A stretch of DNA of 62,830 bases, the filler included. It is 12 parts of 12 records of this genome, joined end to end, with 100 filler letters (N's around TTAATTAATTAA, not from the genome) between each part and the next. Parts side by side here need not be neighbours in the genome. Positions count along the whole stretch, not along the records: positions 1 to 4,904 come from SRR7504441_17786; positions 5,005 to 14,153 come from SRR7504441_17798; 10 more parts are not named here. One strand, written 5' to 3'. Made by a program: the position numbers and the translations under genes. The notes beneath the pieces are model-generated. The model worked only from the letters and a program-made list of their open reading frames with translations, did not search any database and had not been told where the DNA came from. Shown here piece by piece: positions 1 through 10,438 of the stretch. The number at the start of each line of letters is the position of its first letter. Positions within the stretch are counted from its first letter, which is position 1.

Positions 1-169
1 CCCCGAGCAAGATCTGGATGAGCTTGAGGTGCCCGGCTGACTGGTGCCCAGCGGCCACGTGGAGCGGGCAGCTGCCGGTGTTGGCCATCAGGTTGGGCGA
101 GGTCCCGTCCCGCAGCAGCCGGAGCACGTCCGCAATCCGAGCCTGCCCTACGCACTCGTTCAGCGACAT
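1..169 (-). CDS. Ankyrin-repeat protein, N-terminal fragment (runs off window start)
   Basis: Translation from ATG at 169 gives MSLNECVGQARIADVLRLLRDGTSPNLMANTGSCPLHVAAGHQSAGHLKLIQILLG, matching the ankyrin G-x-x-PLH-x-AA...G-H...I-x-x-LL pattern. Confidence 0.6.
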   Translation of the reverse strand, partial: MSLNECVGQARIADVLRLLRDGTSPNLMANTGSCPLHVAAGHQSAGHLKLIQILLG

Positions 170-280
170 GGTGCCCTCTCGTCCTTAGTTCCGCCTCACC
201 ACTCGGAAAGATCCATGGCCGCTGTCGGGGCTCCCGCAGCCAAGAAGAGAGAGATCAACGGAATGCGGCAATGCCGTGGC

Positions 281-667
281 ATGGCCGCTCAAATCAAGGA
301 TCAGTCCAAATACGATTCAGCAGGCGCTCGCGATCCGGCGATCGACCCAAGTGCGGTTCGTCCAGAGGATGTCGCAGCAGTGCTATATGGGATGTGCTGC
401 GCGGGCCATGCAACCGTAACTTTAGGGGCAAAGCGCAAGGCTTTGAAGACCGTGCGGACAGAGAAGGAGTGTGGAGCGAGCCACTGCCTGGCCGACGAAT
501 ATCTCCGGCTAGGAGCGTCCGATGCCATCAACAACCTAGTGCCATCTGGGCTAAGACTCCCAATGCCTGGTGTAAGGCCCATGCTGTGGAACCCAACAGG
601 GCTAGGAGGGCAAGGTAACTCCCAGTCGCTTGCAAGCATCGAGACAGAGGCCGCGTCCGCTCACTGA
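281..667 (+). CDS. Hypothetical protein (uncertain)
   Basis: Open frame MAAQIKDQSKYD... divergent from the ankyrin gene, with CAACGG at 256-261 in the spacer. No recognisable domain. Confidence 0.25.
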   Translation: MAAQIKDQSKYDSAGARDPAIDPSAVRPEDVAAVLYGMCCAGHATVTLGAKRKALKTVRTEKECGASHCLADEYLRLGASDAINNLVPSGLRLPMPGVRPMLWNPTGLGGQGNSQSLASIETEAASAH

Positions 668-734
668 CAGGTGGGTGGTCGAAGTCGCGTCTCAAAGAAC
701 AACAACAACAGCCGTCGTACCTTGTACCGCGGCA

Positions 735-2639
735 ATGCTGATCACTGAGCTGTCGGCGGGGCTGCTCGAGCGGGTGCTCGGCTTCCTCGGGCACAGGCAC
801 CTCTCTGCCTGTCAGCTCGTCTTCCGTGAGGCCTCTTCCGACGACGCCCTCTGGCGCCAGCTCTGGGCGATCTGTGGCTGGCGGGACGCGTCCCGCAAGC
901 GGCCACGGCCCGACGGCGCATCGTGCCGGAGCCGGTTCGCGCGGCAACTGGCGCAGGGCCGGCGGGTGTGGGCGCCACTGGCCCCGGGGTGCCTGCCGTA
1001 CGGCCAGCGGTTGGATCTGACCCAGCTGCCGCCCGCAGCTGATGGGCAGGGCGTGACGCTGGCTGGCCATCGGGCCGGCCGGCTGCTGGTGGCCGGCTCG
1101 GAGCGGCCGCTGGAGCGGCTGGTGATTGGCTCCCGAGTGAGTTCTCTCGAGATTGTCGGACTGCCCGGCCGACCGGCGGTTGTGAGCGCCGAAGTGCTCT
1201 TCCACATGCCGCAGCCGAGCGACCCGCAAGGCGCGAGCGAGCGGCCGAGGCTGAGGCTGGTGAATCTGGAGGTGCGAGGGCGGGTGTGGCTCAGCCACGC
1301 GTGGTTGGAGCTGGACGGGTGCATCCTGGGCGGTGGAGTGCATTTAGGCGACGGTTGTGTGCTTGAGGCCTTCGATAGCCAAATCAAATCGACAGAAAGT
1401 CCGACTGGCGGCGACGGCGGTTGGCTGCTGAACACGGGGATGGTGCTGATGGGGATGGCCCGCCCGTCGCGGGCCAGGCTCGAGCGGTGCGCGGTGCTGG
1501 ACTGCGGAGGGCTCGCTGTGGTCCAGTCGGGGCTGAGCACACTGGTGCTGAGCAAGTGCTCCATCGCTAGGAACAGGCTCGGCGGCGTGCTTCTCTCCCC
1601 GCTCCCTAGCAGCGACCCGGGTCGGCTCAGCGCGCTGGTGCTCAACTGCCAGTTCCGGTCCAACCACCGGTGGGGGCTGTGCGCACAAGGTCTCTCTCCG
1701 TAGTCTCTACATAGTCTCTCTAGGGTCGAGCGTCCTGACTCCGTCGGCTGGGCAGATGGTGCCCAGTTTGCCATGGTCGGGACTACCGTGAGCCAAACGA
1801 TCGGGGATGGTCTGGCGCTGCTTCCGCCAAGTACGTGCGCCTTGGGCGGCAGGAGCGAGTGCGGTAGGTGTCGGGTTCGTGCAGCGCTGCAGATTTGAGG
1901 CCAGCGAGCAAAACGGGATCGCGGTTGGAGGCGAGTGCCGCCCCCTCGCATTGCGAGCGCGTGCGGTGCAGCCACGCGGCTCACGTTTCTGGATCGGAAT
2001 GAATGCATCGGCAACCAGGCTGGAGGGATTATCGTTGGGCCGCAGCATCATGTCACGGATGGGCCGTTGGAGGTGCTTGCTGACTCAGGCCTTGAACGAG
2101 TCCGGGCGGCAGAACCCGTCGGTCTGGCTCAGGCACAACCGTTGCGATAAGAACGGGCTCTCTGGAGTGATTTTGCAGGTCTTGCGAGTCTGGTTACCTG
2201 AGCCCGAATGCTGGGCAGGGCAAGGCTGCAGTGCTGGCAGAATCGAACATTGCCTGCGACAATCAGCAGTCGGGCGTGCTTTGCCGCGACGAGGTTTCTG
2301 GCAGACAGGGTTGCAGGGTGTGACTGGCTGGTGATCAGGTGAGGGCGTGGCTTTTTGGCAACGAGGCCATGCGTAATGAGTTTTATGGCATCGCCTGTCA
2401 AGGTGCTACGTAAAGATCTCAGGCTGCTTGAGATGCCGATGAGCAGATCTGCAGGCGATTCTCGGTTTGTCGAGCAAGACAGCTGTATGGAAAAGAATGG
2501 CCGGGGCGAGATCGGCGTATTTGAGCATGCGTCACAAGCTATCCAGCTGAAGCAGCGGGAGCACCTAAACCTAGATGCCCTTGTGAAATTGGAGAATTTA
2601 GCTCACGAAAAGTTTGAGCGTGCTAGCTTCTTCAATTAA
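735..2639 (+). CDS. F-box + right-handed parallel beta-helix (PbH1) protein, FBXO11-like, about 7 introns
   Basis: N-terminal F-box (ITELSAGLLERVLGFLGHRHLSACQLV...SDDALWRQL). Repeated beta-helix units (CSIARNRLGGV, CQFRSNHRWGL, NECIGNQAGGI, NRCDKNGLSGV, NIACDNQQSGV) are restored by removing short GT/GC-AG introns. Confidence 0.75.
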
Positions 2640-2713
2640 AGCAGTCTCATCTGAAAGCAAGGCAATTATCCAAGTAAAACATTTAAATTGAGAGCAGAAG
2701 TAGGCGGCCGATC

Positions 2714-2948
2714 CTATCGCGGCGTTGTGCTGCCCCGTTGGGTGCACCCATCGTACAAGTACGACGGCCTCGAGCTGCTCTTCCCTTTCTGGTTTATTTC
2801 TGGTTCCATCTCTCCGAGGCCGTGGCTACGATGACCTCTGCCTTCTACTGTGCCAAGCCTCTCAGCGTTCCTCCTGCATCCAATCTCGCCTTTGCGGCTG
2901 CTATACACATGTGTAGCTATGCTGTACTAAGCACTAGTACTCTGCCAT
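2714..2948 (-). CDS. Putative small spliced protein
   Basis: ATG at 2948 followed by an exact 40-nt GT..AG intron (2940-2901) joins into the 2714..2908 ORF (MADSRKGEIG...). It is divergent from the 3015 gene across a spacer containing CCGTTACCGTTA. Confidence 0.3.
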
Positions 2949-3014
2949 CCTCTTGAAGAACCGATCGGTGAATCCGTTACCGTTATCCCGACTTCAGGTC
3001 CACTTCGGGCCGCG

Positions 3015-4755
3015 ATGAGCAACCGGGTGTGGAATCATGATACATCCGGCTACGAGTTCAGCGAGATCTGGCAACAGAGGTGGCACCAGTGCTTCGGAAT
3101 GTACACCGGAGATTGGGACTACCCGCAGGCATATGGACAACACAGCTATGAGTGGAACACCCGCAAGCTCCCGCCGAAGGAGGGATTTTGCCAGTATCGT
3201 GAGCACGAGTGCAGCGGCGCCGTCGGGATCCATTGTTCGGGTTGCATTGGCTGTTGCATGGGATGTCTTCCTGGCTGCACCCCGCTCGACAGTAAAGAAG
3301 TGGCCGTGTGCCTGGGTAGAGCTCGTAGGTTCTGGGCCCCAAGATCCTAATTGGTTCGCCTCACACTGCTGGAATACACCATTTAAAGACTCACTGCAGA
3401 TGCTAGAGTGGCATGCGGAGGTGCATGGCCTCTCTACAGACAGCTCGTGGTGGTTCTGCACGCTGGCCAAGTATGCTCGTACCTGACTGATCCACGTTCT
3501 AACGCACTTCAGAACCATAATTACCTAGGTTGCTGACTTTTGAGCTGACGTTGTGGTGTGCAGCAACCAGTGGGCACTTGGTGAGGTGAACGCGTCATTG
3601 ATGGAAACCCCATTCTGCAGAGCGATTGCCATGACATGCTGCAAGGGGGTGGTAATGCTGATGAACAGCATCTGTGAACCGCTCACGCGTGTTTGGTGGT
3701 GAGCAAACACCATTCTAGCACTGGCATTACTGCCGTAGTTGTTAGCTGCTGGGTGTTGCAGCATCATTGAGATCGTGATGGTGCTTGAAATAGTTGGAAA
3801 AGGCTACATGATACTTCCTGGCTCTACAAAGATGGAGCATCGACCTGATATGATGTTCCATTCTACTGTATTTGAGATCCTTGCCATGATCTCGGAGAAC
3901 ACACAGCATTTTGAAGGTTCGCCTGTACCAGCGGGCCCAGCTCTGCGGGACGGACAAGGGAAAGAGCACATCAAGGAGACTGTGGGCATTTTTCCACCGT
4001 TAGTGGCAGAATTGGGAGCGCGGGTGAAGGTACAGAACGGCAAGGCTGGTATACCGGCAGACAGAAACAGAATCATGAATTTCATCGTCTACAGCGATAA
4101 GGATGAACCACTGACAAACACTGTTTTAGTTGCTGAGCACGAAAACGATGAGCCATTCACAGAGCACGAAAGGTACGAGGGCCTGAACAACCGAGTTCAG
4201 GATCTATTCAGAGGACCTGCAATCTACAGTCACGCGGAGAAGGGTGAAGTGGCAGAGATTCATCAGCTGCTGCACGGCGGAGAGCTCAGAGCTCCGCCAG
4301 CCTCTAAGGGCGACAACCTGCCGAGTAACAAGCTGCATGCTATCCCGTTCAATCAGCGATGGAATCCGATGAACTATCAAACTGTGAACGATCAGGCCTC
4401 AGCACTACTTATCGCAGCTGCAAACGGACATACTGAGGTGGTAAAAATGCTTGCTGAGCACGTTGATTTGGACCTAGCAATGAACAACGGGGCCACTGCA
4501 ATGTACATGGCTGCTCAGAATGGGCACGCGGAAGTGGTGCGAGTGCTGATCAACGTCAAGGCTGATCCGGACAAAGATCGAAGGGGCGTCACTCCACTGG
4601 GTGTTGCAACGGCAAGGGGGCAAACACAAGTGGTGCAATTACTCACTCCGGTCACCACTAAACCAACTGCGGCTTATGCCGACCCAAGACTCCTTGATGA
4701 CGTTGAGCTCACAAGAACGAGCTCGTACAACGAGTATCAACACTTGCCTCGATAG
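3015..4755 (+). CDS. HET/TIR-like domain + C-terminal ankyrin repeats
   Basis: After splicing: CAWVELVGSGPQDPNWFASHCW...WWFCTLANNQW...TPFCRAI...GVVMLM...EPLTRVWCIIEI, then ankyrin repeats (ALLIAAANGHTEVVKML, ATAMYMAAQNGHAEVVRVLI, TPLGVATARGQTQVVQLL). The 5' exon structure is uncertain. Confidence 0.7.
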
Positions 4756-4904
4756 GTTAAATTGATAGGTCGTGTGTATGCACACCACCTCGTATTATTA
4801 AGACTGTGCACAATCGTAAAATTCAGTTTAATAATTACAAGTATAATTATACAGTGCCTCATTCATGATTACGGTATAATTATCATTCATAGTGTTGAGC
4901 GCGA

Positions 4905-5004
4905 NNNNNNNNNNNNNNNNNNNNNNNNNNNNNNNNNNNNNNNNNNNNTTAATTAATTAANNNNNNNNNNNNNNNNNNNNNNNNNNNNNNNNNNNNNNNN
5001 NNNN
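4905..5004. other. Artificial contig spacer N44-TTAATTAATTAA-N44
   Basis: 100-bp N-padded six-frame-stop linker, identical at 11 positions in the window. Confidence 0.98.
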
Positions 5005-8000
5005 CTGGAGCAGCTGGAGATCAAACTGGGCGAGGGTTCGGTGCTGCTGCACGACGTCGAACTCAACCCGGCGGCGTTCAACGGTCTGATCGCCCAGGGC
5101 GCGGGCAGCCTGAGCATCGCCTCCGGGGTGGTCAAGGAGCTCTGCATCGCCATCCCGTGGCGCGACCTGATGCACAAGTCCTGCCGGCTCACAGTCCGCG
5201 GAGTCGAGGTGGTGCTCAGCATCGGGACCCCGGCCTGCCCACCGGCCGCCGCGGCCAGCCCGTCGGAGCACCCGTCCCAGCCGGATCTGGAGCACCCCGG
5301 GGAGGACAGTGGGAGCGAAGGGGTGCAGGTGCTAGAGCGGTGGGTCGACAGCGTGCTCTCTCGACTGCAGGTCTCAGTCGAAGACGTGGTGCTGCGGATC
5401 GACCACTGCGCCCAGCAGCTGGGGCACAGGTTCTTCTGCCTGACCTTCACAGTGCAGCGGCTCGAGTATCGTGACACCACGCTTGAAGACCAGCCGCTCG
5501 CTGAGCTCGAGGCCGGAAAGATCCACAGCTCCGGTATAAAGAAAGAAATCAAATTTCAAGGGGTGAGCCTACAGTTGACAGAGGCCGAGGCCGACCCGGG
5601 CGAGGCTGCGCTCCTCAGCAGTGGCGACGCGGATGGGCATGACGACTACCTGTGTGTCACGCTCGTTTCTGCCATGGGAGACGCTAGCCAGCAGGTAGAT
5701 CTGTGCTTCTTCATGCATGCGCTGAACTGCTCGGTTGCGCCCGAGCAAATGCAGGTGCTGGCCGAGATGGCGGCCACCTGGCTGGAGAGTCAGGCCACAG
5801 CGGAGGCTGCTGCGCCGTCGGAGCTGTGCGACAGCCAGAGTGGCCAGAGCGATTCGTTATCGGATTCGCTGAGGCTCGGGGACTTCAGGACGATCGAGCA
5901 GATCCTGGCGGTGCACGAGGGGGTGTCGATGGACCAGCTCACGCTGCCGAGCCCGGAGCTGCCGACTGCGGACGACAACAAGCTCTTCTATTCGACCATC
6001 GGGGGAGACTCAGATGTGTTCAGCAGTTTCATGCAGGGCTCGATGAGCGGAGGCTCCGACTTTGGTAGCGTGATGGGTGGATCCCCGGTCGGCGCCGGGT
6101 CCCCGCTCGGCTCACCAGGGTTGAGCGGTGCGGCGGTGCCTGCAGACGTGCCACCTGACAGTGCGCTCTGCCTGAGTATGCGCGTGCATGTGGAACAAGT
6201 CCGGATTGAGCTGCTGGCGGAGGCGAGGCCCAGCCGGAGTCTGCTGCTAGAGACCAAGCTAGTCGCGAGCACCTGGCTGCAGGCCGGACTGCACTGCGAC
6301 GTCAAGGCCACGCCGATCTCAGCGTATCACTGCACGCCGGAGCTGGATGGTGAGACCAGCCAGGAGATTGTCCTCGGGTTTGGACCGGCCATGAACCTCT
6401 CGCAGGACCTGAGCTGCTCGATGCACATGCACGAGCCGGTGCCCCACCTGCATCTGTCTGGCACTCCGAGCTCTCCTAGCGCGACCCATTTCACTGTTAA
6501 GACGCAACACCTGATGGCATCATTCAATAGCCAGGCTGCAGAGACAATGAACCAGATCGAGCAAGCGATCGGCCAGGCGGTCGATGCGTTCAATGTGGCA
6601 AGCAGCGAGACAGGCGTAGCTGTGGCTGGTGGCGAGCAGCACACCCTGAGCTTGAGCATGCCAAGCCTCGAACTCAATCTGGGGCAACAACTCCGGTTTT
6701 GTGTGTCGGTGGTTTCTGTCGAAGTGGACGCTGATCGCCAGATTGAGGCCAAAATGGGTCGCCTGGAGCTGATGGTGCTGCAGGAGAGCCCGGACGACTG
6801 GGCGCGTGTGCCCTCCTGTGTGGCGAGTGCCAGGTGAGCTGATGGTGTGACAGGTCTGACTGGGGTGGCAGGGGCACAGAGCACCACGAGCTTGTGCTGC
6901 GGGTGCGTTCCACTGCTGATCCTGCCAGCTGGAGCCAGCCCACCCTGAGTCACAAGAGCAGCCACCGGCACGCGCTGCAGGCGGAGGCTGTAGCCGCCTC
7001 GCCAGTGTTTGTGCATCTGTCAGTGCCCGAGTGCGACTTCACCTTGACTAGCTCGAGCTACCAGCTGCTGGTTCACCTGCTGTTCGGAGGCGAGCCCGGG
7101 GATGCCCCGGAGCCCAACCCGGCTGACAGCTTGACAGAGCAGGTGACAGCTGGCTGCTGCTATCTAAGCTGACATTGGTGGGCAGTTGCTCCTCAAGTAC
7201 TCGCTCCTTGTGAGCGTTGCCAAGTCTAACTGGCATGTCTCAGAGGACGCCGCACCAGAGGTGGCGTGCACCCACGTGCTGCCGGATAAGCAGCCGGCGG
7301 TGTATACTGCTCTGCTGGAGGACGCGGCTGTCTTCTTTGCTCAGGCCAAGGCATGCGACTCGAGCTGGCTGTCGGCCAAGCTTGGTTCTATAACGTTGTC
7401 CGAGGCACGCACGGGGCATCCGTGTCGCAAAGTGCTGGCCCAGGCGCCACAGTTTGGGGTGGATCCAGACAGCCAGCCGCCACCGGTGCTCTCAGTGCTC
7501 TGCGCATTTGATGTGGGCGATGGGAGCACTGTTGATGTTTTGGGAAGTGACTTGGTGTATTCATACTATGTAGGCTCAATATGGATCCTGCGTGTGCAGG
7601 ACTTTTTTGTGGCACCATTCAGCCAGCTGCCCCCGGTGGACGAGCTGGCCCCGCCTCAGCTCACCAAGCTCACAGTCGACATGCAGCGGATCTGCCTGCA
7701 CCACGAGCCACTGCTGCACCGAGCGGCTGTGCTGTTCCGACTAGAGAGTGCGCAGCTCTGTGCCAACCTAATCGACCAGTGCCCAGAGGTAGTACTCTGG
7801 CTGGCAGTTCCGTCGGCTCAGGGCTTCCTCACCAAGCAGGCCAGTGCGCTGCGGGAGGTGCTCGAGGCGGTGCACACTCCACACAAGGAGTTCCTGGGGG
7901 ACATCCTTGCGATGAAGCACATAGTGCAAGTGGCCTCGCTCACCGAGATCGAGGCCACCATCACGATCTGCGATGGCCCAGCTGGGGCGGCGCCCATGTT

Positions 8001-10150
8001 GGAGGTGGATGTGCGCAACCCCAAGGCACGCTGGCTGGCCGGCTTGGTTGCTTACCCCGGTCCAGGCGGGTAAACTCACTATTTCCTTCTGCGCCGACTC
8101 GTGCTCAGAGCTGGTGCAGCTCACGGAGGTGGCTGGCTGGCCGGTGCTCCCAGCTGACTGCGGAGGTGCAGCACTGGATCGACGCGGTGGACGTGGGCGG
8201 GTTGATTCTGCCTGCGCCCATGAGCCACGAGGATAACCCGATGGCTGACTCGATGCTGCTCTCCCTGCTGGGCGACGTGGACCCGTTGGCGTTTGCTCCC
8301 TCGAATGCTCCACTAGACGGGGTAGAGGGCCTGCCAGCGGCCGATCCGCAGCAGCTGCCATTTGTGATAGACGACTTCTATCAGATGGGCCATGCAGTGC
8401 GGCGGACGCGCAGTCCGTCGAGTGGCTCGCAGAGTGGATGGCACGAGGAGCCAACGATCGTGGTCGACTATTTCAACACGCGGAATGCTGACAACGAGGC
8501 ACTCAAAGGGCTTGGGGTGCTGGGCGAGCTGAGCGAGCATGAAAATTACCCGCTGGTGCTCACTAAGATGACCTTCACAGGAGTCAACTTGCAGCTCGAG
8601 ATGTTTGGCGGGTTCGACTGGGCAGATCAGTTGCCTCCATCCGCTGTGGATGAGTTCATGCCGCGGCCGGCTGGGCTGGGAGCGGCTGCGGAGGACGAGT
8701 TTGAACCGATGGCTGCCAGCGCGGTGCTGTTCGGACGAGACAAGTCAACGATGCTCCGACTGGAGGTGGCTAGCTAGTGAGGGGCGTGCCAAGACAGGCG
8801 CGGTGCAGGTCGTGGACGCGATGGCGCGGTACTGGGAGTTTGAGCCGCGCCAGGAGCACTCATGGCGGCTGGTGGCGATGGTGCATGACGTCGAGCTTTT
8901 CGACTGCCTGTCCAAGTCGAGCTGGAAGAAGTTCCTCACCCGGTCTCGCCGGTTTGGCGAGCAGCACGGCAGCCGCCCGATGGTCAAGCTGGAGATTGGG
9001 GCGGTCCACCCGGACAAGGACAAGCTTGTCGAGGACTGGTTGCTCAAACTCAGCCTTGTGCCACTCAAGCTCAACATCGACCAGGCACGCGCACACGCCC
9101 TGCCCGCGGCTCAGCTAGCGCAGGACGCTCTAGACTTCCTGGTCGCATTCCTCTCGTTCGATTCGGACCTCGAGCCCGAGGATGAGCTGCAACCGCAGAC
9201 TCCGCCGATATTCTTCCAGTCGTTTGAGCTGTCAGAGCTTCAGGTCACACCGGGCGTCTCAATAGCACTCAGCTGCTTGTCGTAGGTATGCATTGATTAC
9301 AACGCCAAGCACTTTGACGTGGGCAAAGTGCGCGATGGGCACTATGAAGAGTTTGCCAACCTGCTCTCTCTAGAAGGTTCTGGCCAGGCAAAGCTCCGGC
9401 CCTTACCGGTTGCAGGGATGGAGCTTCGCCTAGCCCCAGTGAGCATGAAGGGCGTCTCTGGCTGGGCTAACATCGGCACCGGGGTCCTGTGCCAGTGGGC
9501 GCCCTCGATCTGGGAGTCCCAGATACACCGGTACCAGCCGGGCCCTCAGCAGCTGAGTCCTGGCCAGGTACGCTCAGTCTGTCCAACCGATCCGGTTTGT
9601 GGCCAATTTGGCCAGTGGGATGTTTGACCTTATCTACCTGCCTCTATGTGACGAGCGCTCGGTACTCCGGGGTGTGCTGTGATCATTGGTGCGGAGCTTG
9701 ACCGGTGGAGCAGGTGCGCAGCGAGGGACAGTTTCGTGTGCGTGGAAGGTCTCTCTTGAAGTGATGAGCATGGCAGCCAGGATGGCGGTGACTGCCCAGA
9801 TCGCACTGGAGCACGTGCGCGACAACGTGGTGCCCAACAGCACCCATGATGAGTCCCAGTGTGCCTCGCCTCACTCCAAGTTCAGCAACGCGCCGGGCTC
9901 GATTGGGGCTGGGCTGCACCAGGCGTACAGTTCGCTGTCTGGAGGGCTCAAGCAGGCGGCCAACTCGCTAGTCAAGAGGTCAGGGAAGCCGAGCAAGCGG
10001 ACCACGCAGCAGGGCTACATAGCGTCGCTACTGCAGGGTGTGCTCGGCGTGGGCATCGTAACGGCCGAGGCGGCATCCAAGGTGTTGTTTGGGGTCCGGA
10101 ATAGCCTGGACCCAACGCACAAGATGGAGGCCGCAGATAAGTACAAATAA
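5005..10150 (+). CDS. ATG2: Autophagy-related protein 2 (5' partial), about 10 micro-introns
   Basis: Chorein_N-like start (LEQLEIKLGEGSVLLHDVELN...IPWRDL), CADS motif after splicing, LNIDQ|DALDFL, IDYNAKHFD, and a C-terminal ATG_C region ending GVRNSLDP...DKYK. Confidence 0.9.
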
Positions 10151-10214
10151 AGATCAACCGGTCGGGTGCCGGTCGGGTTCGTAAACAATTACATGAGAAC
10201 TTTATATCCACGGC

Positions 10215-10403
10215 GACGTGGGCAGGGCCGTAATTGCGCTCCGTGGGCATGTAGCTGAAGGCGCAATGTTCGGCTGTACCTGTACACGTACCGCGTACAG
10301 CCGTACACGTACGGGTACAGATGCTGAGTCCTCGCTGTACCTAATCGCGGCAGTCTTTTTCCCCTATAAGGCAGGTCATGAGGTGAGTTTTCTTGCGTCA
10401 TCG
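10215..10403 (+). promoter_or_regulatory. Putative HYOU1 promoter with UPRE-like bZIP sites and a GTAC cluster
   Basis: GACGTGG at 10215-10221, seven GTAC in 10276-10318, and CGTCATCG at 10396-10403 (the same 8-mer lies upstream of PDIA6). Confidence 0.4.
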
Positions 10404-10438
10404 AGCTGTACCGTGCGCTACACTCGCGCCTCGAACCA

